Positions 36,704 through 45,347 of a stretch of 64,000 nucleotides of DNA are shown here, piece by piece. How positions within the stretch are numbered: position 1 is the stretch's first letter; every line of letters begins with the position of its first letter. A program made the translations under genes and the position numbers. Origin of the DNA: an uncultured Acidobacteriota bacterium (GTDB lineage: Bacteria > Acidobacteriota > Thermoanaerobaculia > UBA5066 > DATFVB01); assembly GCA_963714035.1 (NCBI GenBank), contig OY970224.1, positions 1,093,240 through 1,157,239 of the forward strand, given 5' to 3'. A model generated the notes under the pieces. The model worked only from the letters and a program-made list of their open reading frames with translations, was not told the origin of the DNA and ran no database searches.

Positions 36704-38761
36704 TTGACGCGTTTCTCTCTCTACGGCGCCTCCCGGCGCGAGCTCGCGGAAGCCGTCTCGCGCGCGGTCGCCGAGGCTTTCGGCGTGCCGGCGCCGCCCG
36801 TCGAGCTCGAACGGCCCGCCAATCCCGCGCACGGCGACTACTCGACCACGGTCGCCTTCGACCTGGCAAAGACCCTGCGGCGGCCGCCGCGCGCGATCGC
36901 ATCGACTCTCGCCGGGGCGATCGCTCTCCCCCCGGGCATCGCCGCGGCGCAGGTCGAGGGAGCGGGCTACGTCAATTTCCGCCTCGACCGCAGTGCGTTC
37001 ATCGCGCGATTCCTCGCCGGGCCGGACGACGTCCCGGAGCCGGTGGCTGCGGAAAAGGTGATCGTCGAGCATACGAACATCAACCCGAACAAGGCCGCGC
37101 ACATCGGCCATCTGCGAAACGCGATCCTCGGCGACACGCTCGTCCGCTGTCTCCGAGCGCTGGGCCATGACGTCGAGGCCCAGAACTACATCGACGACAC
37201 GGGGGTCCAGGTCGCGGACGTGGTCGTGGGTTTCCTCGACGGGAATCCCGGCGAATCCACCGAGGAGGCCCTGGACCGAATCCGCGCCGCGATCGCCGAC
37301 CCGGCGTCTGCCGGACCCGGCTACCGTGCCTTCGGGGACGTCTGCTGGGACGTCTATGCGGAGGTCGGACGAACGTTCGACGCGAGCCCCGAGAAGAAAG
37401 CGGCGGGACGAGGCGAGACGCTCCACGCGATGGAAGTGGGCGGCAACGCGCGCGCCGCTGCCGCCGCGCTGATCTCCGAAGCGGTCGTCCACGAGCACGT
37501 CGCCACGATGGGCCGCCTCGGCGTGACCTACGACCTCCTTCCCCGCGAATCGGACATCCTCGCCCGGCACTTCTGGACCCGGGCGTTCGACCTGTTGAAG
37601 GAAAGCGGCGCGATCGTGCTCGAAACCGAGGGGAAACACGCCGGATGCTGGGTGATGAAGCTCACCCACTCCGAGGAATTCGCCGGCCTCGAAGAACCCG
37701 ACAAGATCCTCGTCCGGAGCAACGGCACCGTCACGTACACCGGGAAGGACATCGCGTACCAGCTCTGGAAATTCGGAAAGCTCGGCCTCGACTTCGACTA
37801 CGCGCCCTTCGCGCCCGACTGGAACGCCGGGCGCAGGGCCGCGAAATCCGTCCCCGCCGAGGTCCGCGCGCACCCGATCTGGCAGACGAAGACCGGCGCG
37901 GCCGGCGACCATCCGCGTTTCGGCGCCGCACATCGCGTCATCAACGTGATCGACCAGCGCCAGTCGTACCCCCAGAAGGTCGTCCGCGAAGGGCTCCTCG
38001 CGCTCGGCCTCGAAGAGGAGGCGCGCCGGTCGATCCACTTCGCCTACGAGATGGTCGCGATGACCCCGAAGTCCGTCGAGCAACTCGCCGAGAAGTTCGG
38101 CGACGAATACCGGCTCTCGGAAGAAGATCGTCAGAAGACCGTCGTGGAAATGTCCGGCCGCAAGGGGCTCGGCGTCAAGGCGAACGACCTGCTCGAGCTG
38201 CTCGTGAACGAAGCGCGGCGGCGGTCGGTCGAAAACGAGCTGGCGGCGCCGTCGGAGGAAACCGGGAACGCCCAGGCGGAAGCGATCGCGGTCGGCGCGC
38301 TTCGCTATTTCATGCTGAAGTTCGGCCGGAACAAGATCATCGCCTTCGATTTCGAAGAGGCGTTGAGCTTCGAGGGCGACAGCGGACCTTACCTGCAGTA
38401 TTCCTCCGTGCGGGTCGAGAACATCCTGCGGAAGCTCCGCGAGAGGGGGCTCGCGACCGAAGCCGATCCCGCCGACTTCGGCGACGACTCGTGGGACGAC
38501 GATCTGTGGGCGATCTTCGTGGAGGTCGGCCGCAGCGACGAAGTCGTGGCGCGCGCCGTCGATTCGCTCGAGATCGCCGCGGTCGCGAGACACGCCTACG
38601 GTCTCGCACAGGCTTTTTCCCGCTTCTACCACCGGCATCCGATCGTGTCGGAAGGCGACGCGCGGGTGAGGAACCGCCGGCTCGCCGCGGCGCTCGCCTT
38701 TCGCGCCGGGCTGGGGCGCCTTTTAACCCTTCTCGGAATCCCGACGCCGGAAAAAATGTGA
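36704..38761 (+). CDS. argS: Arginine--tRNA ligase
   Basis: Class I HIGH motif NPNKAAHIGHLRNAILGD, DDTGVQ block and KMSKS-like MSGRKG are present, plus a C-terminal anticodon-binding-domain pattern. The start is uncertain: TTG at 36704 is preferred over ATG at 36623, which overlaps yraN and has poor third-position GC. Confidence 0.85.
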   Translation: MTRFSLYGASRRELAEAVSRAVAEAFGVPAPPVELERPANPAHGDYSTTVAFDLAKTLRRPPRAIASTLAGAIALPPGIAAAQVEGAGYVNFRLDRSAFIARFLAGPDDVPEPVAAEKVIVEHTNINPNKAAHIGHLRNAILGDTLVRCLRALGHDVEAQNYIDDTGVQVADVVVGFLDGNPGESTEEALDRIRAAIADPASAGPGYRAFGDVCWDVYAEVGRTFDASPEKKAAGRGETLHAMEVGGNARAAAAALISEAVVHEHVATMGRLGVTYDLLPRESDILARHFWTRAFDLLKESGAIVLETEGKHAGCWVMKLTHSEEFAGLEEPDKILVRSNGTVTYTGKDIAYQLWKFGKLGLDFDYAPFAPDWNAGRRAAKSVPAEVRAHPIWQTKTGAAGDHPRFGAAHRVINVIDQRQSYPQKVVREGLLALGLEEEARRSIHFAYEMVAMTPKSVEQLAEKFGDEYRLSEEDRQKTVVEMSGRKGLGVKANDLLELLVNEARRRSVENELAAPSEETGNAQAEAIAVGALRYFMLKFGRNKIIAFDFEEALSFEGDSGPYLQYSSVRVENILRKLRERGLATEADPADFGDDSWDDDLWAIFVEVGRSDEVVARAVDSLEIAAVARHAYGLAQAFSRFYHRHPIVSEGDARVRNRRLAAALAFRAGLGRLLTLLGIPTPEKM

Positions 38762-39049
38762 CAGCACGCCGGATGCGCGGGGGGACGCGTATCGGGCGAC
38801 CATCGGCGCCGTCGCGAGCAGGACTTTCCCGATCTTCCATCCGCTCCGGAGCTTCGTCCAGCGCATCACGACCGCCGCGCCGAGGAGGAAGAGCCCTCCC
38901 CATTTGAGGGTCGCCCCGGCGGTCTCGACTCCGGCGACCGTTTCCGACGAGATGCGGGCCGTGGCGGCCTCGAGCTCCCGCCAGGCGGACCCCAGTCGGG
39001 CACGCTCGCGCTCGCCCGCGGCGGCGAGGTCGTCGAGATCGGGCTTCAC
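38723..39049 (-). CDS. YqjK-like small membrane protein
   Basis: GTG at 39049 overlaps the upstream TGA (GTGA). The 108-aa product has an ERER-containing N-terminus and one hydrophobic segment, WGGLFLLGAAVVM. It is third in a yqjD/E/K-like order. The 3' end overlaps the argS 3' end convergently by 39 nt. Confidence 0.45.
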   Translation of the reverse strand: MKPDLDDLAAAGERERARLGSAWRELEAATARISSETVAGVETAGATLKWGGLFLLGAAVVMRWTKLRSGWKIGKVLLATAPMVARYASPRASGVLSHFFRRRDSEKG

Positions 39050-39468
39050 GGCTCCGGTCCCGTGAAGGAATCGAGATCGCGGCGAAGCCCCTCCGCCGTG
39101 CGGGGAAACGACGGGGCGGCCATTCCGCGCCAGGCGGCCGCGGCAAGGCCGGCCGCCCCGAGCACGCACACCCCGAACACCGCGAAGATCGCGCCGACGA
39201 GAGTCCCCCACCACGCATAGAGCGCGGCGACGAGTCCGGCGACGAGAAGCGCGGACGCGAGCACGGTCAGCGTCAGCGCCACGACGACCATCACGAGGCG
39301 CAGGGCAGCGCCTTTCGCCCAGATTCCCGCTTCGGCCCGGAACATCCCCCAACGGATCGACGCGAGGGAGCGCGCCGAGCGGACGAACGCGGCGGCGGCG
39401 CGTTTCCAGTGCTCCCAGATCCCCGGCGCCGGCTCGGGCTGCGGCTCGTCCACGGAGGCGTCGATCAA
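39046..39468 (-). CDS. YqjE-like / holin-X (DUF1469-type) two-TM membrane protein
   Basis: TTG at 39468 overlaps the upstream TGA (TTGA). It has two long hydrophobic helices, LRLVMVVVALTLTVLASALLVAGLVAAL and LVGAIFAVFGVCVLGAAGLAAAAW. Confidence 0.5.
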   Translation of the reverse strand: MIDASVDEPQPEPAPGIWEHWKRAAAAFVRSARSLASIRWGMFRAEAGIWAKGAALRLVMVVVALTLTVLASALLVAGLVAALYAWWGTLVGAIFAVFGVCVLGAAGLAAAAWRGMAAPSFPRTAEGLRRDLDSFTGPEP

Positions 39469-39773
39469 TCGCGCGAAACGAGGCTCACCGCGATCACCGC
39501 GATCGCGGCCGCGCCGATCACCCATTTCCAGGGGGAGCCCCGGCGGCGCCGCCGCCCGGCGACGAGAGGAACGCCGTATTCCTTCGCGAGGTGCACGCCG
39601 CGCTCGGCGGCGAGAGCGAGGAGAGCCGCGCCATGGCGCTTGGCCTCGTCGAAGAGCTGCTCTCCCCGCGAAACCGCCTCCTCCCGGAGCGCGCCCCACG
39701 AATCGGAGAGATCCTCGTTCCCCTCCCTCAGCGACTTCGATGCTTCGTTCAGAACCGTCTGTAAAACGTTCAT
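39465..39773 (-). CDS. DUF883 / YqjD-ElaB-like tail-anchored membrane protein
   Basis: ATG at 39773 follows a GGAGG RBS. The 102-aa product has a helical charged N-terminus. The C-terminal GSPWKWVIGAAAIAVIAVSLVSRD matches the NPW-x-GxGxAAxxG tail anchor of YqjD/ElaB. Confidence 0.6.
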   Translation of the reverse strand: MNVLQTVLNEASKSLREGNEDLSDSWGALREEAVSRGEQLFDEAKRHGAALLALAAERGVHLAKEYGVPLVAGRRRRRGSPWKWVIGAAAIAVIAVSLVSRD

Positions 39774-39896
39774 GGTTGCCTCCGTGATGGACCGACCGCT
39801 TCGTATCCTACTCCGGGCGCACTCGGAGCAAAAAGAGCGCCACGCCCCATGCGGGCCGGCGGCGGGAAGCGTGCGGCGAAAGGCGGGAAGACCGGC

Positions 39897-40226
39897 TCAG
39901 GAGTCCCGGGCGCTGGAGCCGTCCCCGGCCGATCCGAGGATCGCGTCGAAGGCCGAGATGGACCCCGCGCGGCCGGCGGCCGCCGGGTCGGCCAGATCGA
40001 CGGCGTCGACGGCGAGGGCGACGAAATCCGCTCCGCGGCGAATCGCGACGGCCGCGGCCCGACGGGACGGATCTCCCCCGGCGGGATCGACCAGCGAAAG
40101 CTCTCCGCGAGGCAACACGAGCCGGCCGTCGCGAACTTCCCGGACCGGCGCCACGAAACCGACGCGCTCCGCCGGAACGAAATATTCCGCGCCGTCGATG
40201 CGGACGACGAGCCCGGCGACGCTCAC
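39897..40226 (-). CDS. Short CheW-like domain protein
   Basis: GTG at 40226 overlaps the chemoreceptor TGA (GTGA). LVVRIDGAEYFVPAERVGFV...AVAIRRGADFVALAVDAVD resembles the two conserved CheW strands, but at 109 aa it is shorter than canonical CheW. Confidence 0.4.
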   Translation of the reverse strand: MSVAGLVVRIDGAEYFVPAERVGFVAPVREVRDGRLVLPRGELSLVDPAGGDPSRRAAAVAIRRGADFVALAVDAVDLADPAAAGRAGSISAFDAILGSAGDGSSARDS

Positions 40227-42397
40227 GCGCCCGCCAGCCGGAACCGCGAGATCTCCCGCTCGAGCGCGTCGATTTCCGTCTGGAGCTCTTCGACCGCGGC
40301 GCTGACGGCGGACGCCGTCTGGGTGTTCTCTCCGCTCTGGCGCCGGACTCCGGCGATCAGCTCGACGAGGCGCGCCGACTCCGTCTTCTGGCGTTCCGTC
40401 GAGGAGAGGACTTCGCGGATCCGCCCGAGCGTGCTCTCCGCCGCCTGGGCGATCGAGTCTCCCGCGTTCTTCTGCTCGCGAAGCGCTCCCTTGATCGAGG
40501 CCGAGCGCTCGCGCATCGACGCGACCGCGTTCTCGACGTGCCTCCCTCCCGCTTTCTGCTGGGAGATCGCTGCGGCGATCTGCGCGATCTGTTCCCGGAC
40601 GCGGTCGATCGCGGTGGCCACCCGGTGAGAGCCGTCGCTCTGCTCGGCCGTCGCGCGGGCGATCTCCGCCGCCGACTCGCTCGCCTGCCGCGACCGGTCG
40701 AGGATCTTTCCGAGCCGTTCGCCCGCGCTCTGGGATCGCGCGGAGCCGTCTTCCACCCGCCGGACGAGCTCCCTGGTCGAGTCGGAAAGCGCGCCGACCT
40801 CGTTCTGCATCCCGGAGAGCAGGTCGCCGATTTCCGACGCGCCGGCCGACGCGCGCTCGGAGAGCGCCCGGATCTCGGCGGCCACGACCGCGAAGCCCTT
40901 CCCCTCCTCCCCCGCCTGGGCCGCGAGGATCGCGGCGTTGAGCGCGAGGAGATGCGTTTCTCCCGCGACCTCCTCGATCATCCGGACGATCTTCCCCACC
41001 TCGCGCGACCGCTCGCCGAGGGAATCCATCCGCGCCGAGTCGGCCCGGACGGCGTCGCGCACCGCGGACATCGCGGAGATCGTCTGCAGCACCGCCTCCT
41101 GCCCGCCCTGCGCGTCGTGGGACGCGCCCTCGGAGAGCTGCGCGCTCTTGCGCGCGCTCTCGCGGACCTGCCGGATCGACGCGTCGATCTGCGTCATCGA
41201 CGCCGCCGTTTCCCCGGCGAACGCGCTGAGGCTCTCGACCGACTGGTCGATCGATCCGATCGACTGGGCCATTTCGACGGCCGCGGTCGAGGTCTCCTCG
41301 ATCGAGGCGTGCAGCGCGTCCATGTGCTGCGACACTTCTTCGAGAGAGGCGGCCATCTCGAGGATCGACGAGCCGGTCTCCTCCGCCGACGCCGAGAGGT
41401 CTTCCATCCGCTCGCCGATCACGCGCGTGTCGCCGTCCGATTTCTCGATCGACGCGGAAGCCTGGTCCACGATCTCGTTCTGCGCTTCGGCGCGGACCGC
41501 GACCGCCTGGGAGTCGCGGCGGATTCCTCCCGCGACTTCGCGGACCCGCCGCTGGCCGGAGAGGATCTTCCGCGCGATGCCCGCGATCCCTTCGGCCATG
41601 GTGTTGAAGGAGGCGGCGAGCACTCCGATTTCGTTGCGGTGCGGCGTTTCGATCCTCCTCGTCAGGTCCCCGGAGGCGAGGTGCTCGGCGGAACGGGCGA
41701 TCGACGTGAGCGGCCGGACCATCACCCGCGTGGCGACGACGATGGCCGCGACCCCCACCGCGAGGACCAGGAGCGTGAGGAGAATTCCCCCTCCCCAGAG
41801 CGTGCGCTTCACTTCGTTCCAGTCGTGGGAGTTCAGGACGACCCGAAGCGTGCCGACGATCGCCGTCCGGCGGAAGTTGTCGGCGTCGGCCCGGTCGACA
41901 CCCGCCCCGACGAGCGCGGCCGTCGAGATCCGGGCGAGCTCGTCGCGGCTCGTCACCCCGAGGCGGTCGAGAACGCGAGCGGCCGTCGGCGTGTCGGCGA
42001 CCGGCGCCGAGAACAGGAATTCCCCCTCGGGAAGCCTGCCCGGCCGGAGGAGCGCGGCGGGCCGCCGTGCGGGATCGCTCTGGCCGAGGAGCTTTCCGTC
42101 GGCATCGAGGAACTCCGCGTAGTCGACGGCGGGATTCAGGAGAAGGGATTGCGCGATGTCCCGGAGATTGGCCTCCAGCCGGAAATCGAGGTAGTACCCG
42201 CTTCCGGCCGCGGCCGTCTTGACGAGCGACGTGCCCTCGCGCCGAAGCCGCTCCAGGAACGCGCGGCGCGCGATGAGATTGAAGAAGACGAGATAAGCGA
42301 TCGCGGAAAAGAACAGGAGCGCCGATACTCCCGCAACGAGCTCGGTCGTCATCGACGCCCGGCGGCCGCGGCGCGCGAACGGGTCGATCGGCGTCAC
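40223..42397 (-). CDS. Methyl-accepting chemotaxis protein
   Basis: It has two TM segments, a HAMP domain (LASGDLTRRIE) and the highly conserved signalling hairpin ETHLLALNAAILAAQAGEEGKGFAVVAAEIRALSE. Start is the GTG at 42397 or the ATG at 42352. Confidence 0.85.
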   Translation of the reverse strand: MTPIDPFARRGRRASMTTELVAGVSALLFFSAIAYLVFFNLIARRAFLERLRREGTSLVKTAAAGSGYYLDFRLEANLRDIAQSLLLNPAVDYAEFLDADGKLLGQSDPARRPAALLRPGRLPEGEFLFSAPVADTPTAARVLDRLGVTSRDELARISTAALVGAGVDRADADNFRRTAIVGTLRVVLNSHDWNEVKRTLWGGGILLTLLVLAVGVAAIVVATRVMVRPLTSIARSAEHLASGDLTRRIETPHRNEIGVLAASFNTMAEGIAGIARKILSGQRRVREVAGGIRRDSQAVAVRAEAQNEIVDQASASIEKSDGDTRVIGERMEDLSASAEETGSSILEMAASLEEVSQHMDALHASIEETSTAAVEMAQSIGSIDQSVESLSAFAGETAASMTQIDASIRQVRESARKSAQLSEGASHDAQGGQEAVLQTISAMSAVRDAVRADSARMDSLGERSREVGKIVRMIEEVAGETHLLALNAAILAAQAGEEGKGFAVVAAEIRALSERASAGASEIGDLLSGMQNEVGALSDSTRELVRRVEDGSARSQSAGERLGKILDRSRQASESAAEIARATAEQSDGSHRVATAIDRVREQIAQIAAAISQQKAGGRHVENAVASMRERSASIKGALREQKNAGDSIAQAAESTLGRIREVLSSTERQKTESARLVELIAGVRRQSGENTQTASAVSAAVEELQTEIDALEREISRFRLAGA

Positions 42398-42499
42398 GCG
42401 GCCCGCTTCCGGGCCTCGGAATTCGGCCCGCCGCCTGGCCGCCGGATCGGCGAGAATCGGTTCACGTTCATTTCGCCCGGGCTCTTGAGCGAAAGAATA

Positions 42500-43498
42500 T
42501 CAGAGTTCGACCCGCGTCCCGACGGGATCCGGCGCGGCCGCGAACAACGCGCCGCCGGGAATCGCCGCGAGCGCCGCGGAGATCCGCTCCCGCGCCGACT
42601 CCGGCCCGAGCACGGCCATGACGCCGCCGCCTCCGGCGCCGCAGGCCCTGGCTCCCCACGCTCCGGCCTCGGACGCGCGCCGCGCCGCCTCCTCGAGAAC
42701 CGGCGTCGACACGCGCGGAGAAAGCCGTTTCCGAAACGACCATTCCTTTCCGAGCGCGCGCCCCATGGCCTCGACGTCGCCGGCGTCGAGCGCCGCGGCC
42801 ATCTCCTGGGCGACGTCCCGGATCCCCCCGAGGAGCGACGCCACCTCGCGATCGCCGTCGATCCGGGCCTTGTAGATCTCCCAGTTGTTCAAGCCCGAGG
42901 AATGCGGCCGTCCCGAGTCGAAGAGGACGAGACACCGGGCGAATCCCCCGGCGTCCGCCGGAACCCGGCGGATCGAGCGCGCCCCCGGTCCATGCTCGAT
43001 GACCTGGAACCCGCCGCGGAGCGCGGGGACGTAGTCCTGGGTCCCGGCCGGCTTTCCGAGAACGGTCGCCTCGACGTCGCGACAGAGGCCGATGACCCGG
43101 TCCGGGTCCAGGGACGTGCCGGAGAGCGCCGCGAGCGCGGACACCGCCGCGACGAGAAGCGCGGAGGAGCCCCCGAGCCCCGAACCGAACGGAACGGAGG
43201 ACTCCGTCTCGATCCGCGCTCCGTCGCCGATGCCGAGCGCGATCGCGGCTTCCGCGGCGAGCGCCGCCCCGGCGGAGCCTCGGGCTTCGCGAGCGGAGGA
43301 GAAACGCTCTTCCGTCCCCCGGTCGCGCGCGAAGACCTCGAAGCCGGCCGGGATTCGCGAAACGCGAACGCGCGCCCGTCGGTCGATCGCGAAGTTGACG
43401 GTCACGGCCGGAGCGTGGAAGAGATAGAGCGGCCAGAGATCGAGGGTGCCTCCGGCGAGATCGATGCGCGCGGGGGCGGAAACGCAGACGCTCAGCAT
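42500..43498 (-). CDS. GHMP-family sugar kinase (heptose/fucose-kinase-like)
   Basis: 332 aa. N-terminus is APARIDLAGGTLDLWPLY and GHMP motif II is PFGSGLGGSSALLVA. There is no purine-rich RBS before the ATG; the tandem repeat abuts the start codon. Confidence 0.75.
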   Translation of the reverse strand: MLSVCVSAPARIDLAGGTLDLWPLYLFHAPAVTVNFAIDRRARVRVSRIPAGFEVFARDRGTEERFSSAREARGSAGAALAAEAAIALGIGDGARIETESSVPFGSGLGGSSALLVAAVSALAALSGTSLDPDRVIGLCRDVEATVLGKPAGTQDYVPALRGGFQVIEHGPGARSIRRVPADAGGFARCLVLFDSGRPHSSGLNNWEIYKARIDGDREVASLLGGIRDVAQEMAAALDAGDVEAMGRALGKEWSFRKRLSPRVSTPVLEEAARRASEAGAWGARACGAGGGGVMAVLGPESARERISAALAAIPGGALFAAAPDPVGTRVEL

Positions 43499-43500
43499 TC

Positions 43501-43689
43501 GAATCGAGGGGAAGCATCCCCTCGAGCTCCCCTCGTGAATCGAGGGGAAGCATCCCCTCGAGCTCCCCTCGTGGCGAATCGGGGGGAAGAACCCTCTCGA
43601 GCTTCCATCGTGAAGAATCGAGGAAAAGCATTCCCTCGAGCTCCGTTCACGGAGCCGGGGGAAGAATTCCCTCGAGCTTTCCTCAGCGG
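43501..43689. repeat. Tandem repeat, about five units of 36-42 bp, each containing a hairpin palindrome
   Basis: Units start at 43501, 43537, 43576, 43615 and 43657 (partial). Consensus is gaatcgaggggaagcatcccctcgagctcccctcgt. The first 36 nt of units 1 and 2 are identical. Each unit holds cgagggga/tcccctcg (8-bp stem, agca loop) plus a second tcccctcg that could pair instead. Confidence 0.85.
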
Positions 43690-44267
43690 ATGCTTTCGGC
43701 GGCGACGAGGTGGCTCGAGGGGAAGAACTCGCCGGTCATGGCGACATCCCCCTCCGGGAAGGAGTCCGGGCAGGCTTCGCGATTGAGAAGGATCCAGACC
43801 TGACCGTCCTCGTCCCGGAACGCCGCCAGGTGAGGCGAGCCGCTCGACCGGGGAACGTCGAGCTTCGGCTGGAGGGCGCATCGCAGGCAGAAGAAACGTC
43901 CCCGGACGATGCGCTCAACCGGCTGCTCGGAGAGCATCGGCGTACCGGGAGCGGGCTTCGTCAGCGAATCGGCGACGACCGGAATGACGAGGAGACAGAG
44001 CGCGGTCGCTCCGACCACAGGGCGCCAGACCCGACGCCAGGCCCGGGCCGGGCCTCGTCTCTGGGCGATCCGCTTTCGGAGCTCGACGGGAGCGCAGTCG
44101 CGAGGGCTCCGGTCTTTCAGGAGCGACCGGATTCGCCGAAAGCTCTCGAGCCGCAGGGCGCAGCGCTCGCAACGGGCGAGATGAGCCGCGACCTCGAAGC
44201 GATCGGATTCCGACAGCTCTCCGTCGAGGTAGGCGTTCAGGAAAAATCGGGTTCTCGCGCAGTCCAT
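43683..44267 (-). CDS. Anti-sigma factor (zf-HC2 N-terminus, single TM, periplasmic C-domain)
   Basis: N-terminus is MDCARTRFFLNAYLDGELSESDRFEVAAHLARCERCALRLESF (H-x3-C-x2-C). TM segment is VVGATALCLLVIPVV. It lies downstream of an ECF sigma gene. Confidence 0.8.
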   Translation of the reverse strand: MDCARTRFFLNAYLDGELSESDRFEVAAHLARCERCALRLESFRRIRSLLKDRSPRDCAPVELRKRIAQRRGPARAWRRVWRPVVGATALCLLVIPVVADSLTKPAPGTPMLSEQPVERIVRGRFFCLRCALQPKLDVPRSSGSPHLAAFRDEDGQVWILLNREACPDSFPEGDVAMTGEFFPSSHLVAAESIR

Positions 44268-44321
44268 GATCGATGAGAATCTCGCGGCGCCCGCGTCGCG
44301 CTATTCTCCCTCAAGAACCCG

Positions 44322-44362
44322 GAAAAATGGAGGGGTATTCCGCCGGCGCCGGCGGAATACCC
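44322..44362 (-). terminator. Perfect 15+15 bp palindrome followed by a T-run, between the sigma and anti-sigma genes (attenuator/terminator-like)
   Basis: gggtattccgccggc/gccggcggaataccc spans 44333-44362 and overlaps the sigma gene's TAG. On the minus strand it is followed by ctccatttttcc. Confidence 0.4.
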
Positions 44363-45009
44363 TACTTTCGCGCCTTGAGACGCGTCCGCGCCGGAGCGCC
44401 CCCCCTCATGTATCCGTGGGTTCGCCCATATCTCATGAGGGCTTTCTCGAGGAGCTTCCGGCCGCGGTACAGACGCGACATCACGGTTCCGACGGGGCAC
44501 TCCAGGATCTCGGCGATCTCCTTGTAGGAGAAGTCCTCGAGGTCCGCCAGGATCACGACCATCCGGTAGTCGGCGGGAAGCGCCTCGAGCGCCTTTTTGA
44601 CCCCCTCGTCCATGACGCTCGCCAGATACCGGGATTCCGGATCCAGGGGCTGTTCGTCCGGATCGTGTCGGACGATTTTCTCGAAGGAATCCTCGATATC
44701 GGAGAACTCCACACTCCGGGGCTCCAGCTTCTTCTTCCGGTAGTTGTTGATGAAGGTGTTCTTCAAGATCTTGAAAAGCCACGCCTTGAGGTTCGTTCCC
44801 TCCTCGAACTTGTCGTAATACTTGTAGGCCTTGAAGAAGGTCTCCTGGACGAGGTCCTCGGCGTCCTGCGAGTTGCCGGTCATCCGATAGGCGGTGTTAT
44901 AGAGCGAATCGACGTAGGGCATCGTCTGGGAATCGAAGTCCCAGGCGGTCGTCTCGGACTTCGGAGCGTCGCCCCTGTTCGCGTCGAAAGTTTTCACGAG
45001 ATTCAACAT
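44362..45009 (-). CDS. ECF-type RNA polymerase sigma-70 family factor
   Basis: Region 2 is DAEDLVQETFFKAYKYYDKFEEGTNLKAWLFKILKNTFINNYRKKK. Region 4 is FSYKEIAEILECPVGTVMSRLYRGRKLL. The ATG at 45009 sits 5 nt after GGAGG. The TTG at 45021 in the track is part of that RBS. Confidence 0.88.
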   Translation of the reverse strand: MLNLVKTFDANRGDAPKSETTAWDFDSQTMPYVDSLYNTAYRMTGNSQDAEDLVQETFFKAYKYYDKFEEGTNLKAWLFKILKNTFINNYRKKKLEPRSVEFSDIEDSFEKIVRHDPDEQPLDPESRYLASVMDEGVKKALEALPADYRMVVILADLEDFSYKEIAEILECPVGTVMSRLYRGRKLLEKALMRYGRTHGYMRGGAPARTRLKARK

Positions 45010-45227
45010 GTTTTCCTCCAAAACCCTGCTCGTATCCGGTGCAATCGCCCTGCCGGGTAGCGTGATACCGGGCGACCGCCGCCCTCCTCTTTTTCATCAA
45101 CCATTTAGAGGTTCACGGGGTCGTCACTTGTATTACGAAAAACAGGGAAAAAACGTTTCGCCGAAATTTGCGGCGACAAAAAGTCACCCGCAGGGGACAG
45201 ATCGGCGCCCCCCGGAACCCCTCAGGG

Positions 45228-45255
45228 GAAAGAAATAGCCCCCGCCGAGCGGGGG
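45228..45255 (-). terminator. Intrinsic-terminator-like hairpin downstream of atpE
   Basis: On the minus strand, cccccgc-tcg-gcggggg is followed by ctatttctttcc. It is the last of four GC-rich hairpins between 45239 and 45332, including a 12-bp stem cccgggctcgcc/ggcgagcccggg and a 9-bp stem cccctctcc/ggagagggg. Confidence 0.5.
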
Positions 45256-45347
45256 CGAAGGGTCTTCGCACCACCCTTCCCGGGCTCGCCCGCGGCGAGC
45301 CCGGGAACCCCCCTCTCCAACTGGAGAGGGGGTCGGGGGTCGAGGTT

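Noticed and set aside
43501-43689. Possible CRISPR array, because the repeats are palindromic and ~36 bp.
   Set aside because: The units abut one another with no unique spacers. The repeats degenerate progressively, and no cas genes are in the window.
45022-45227. Specific -35/-10 or ECF-type (GAAC...CGT) promoter calls in the relatively AT-rich region upstream of the ECF sigma gene.
   Set aside because: Several weak hexamer matches exist (e.g. taatac, tgaacc), but none has consistent spacing. I cannot support a specific site.
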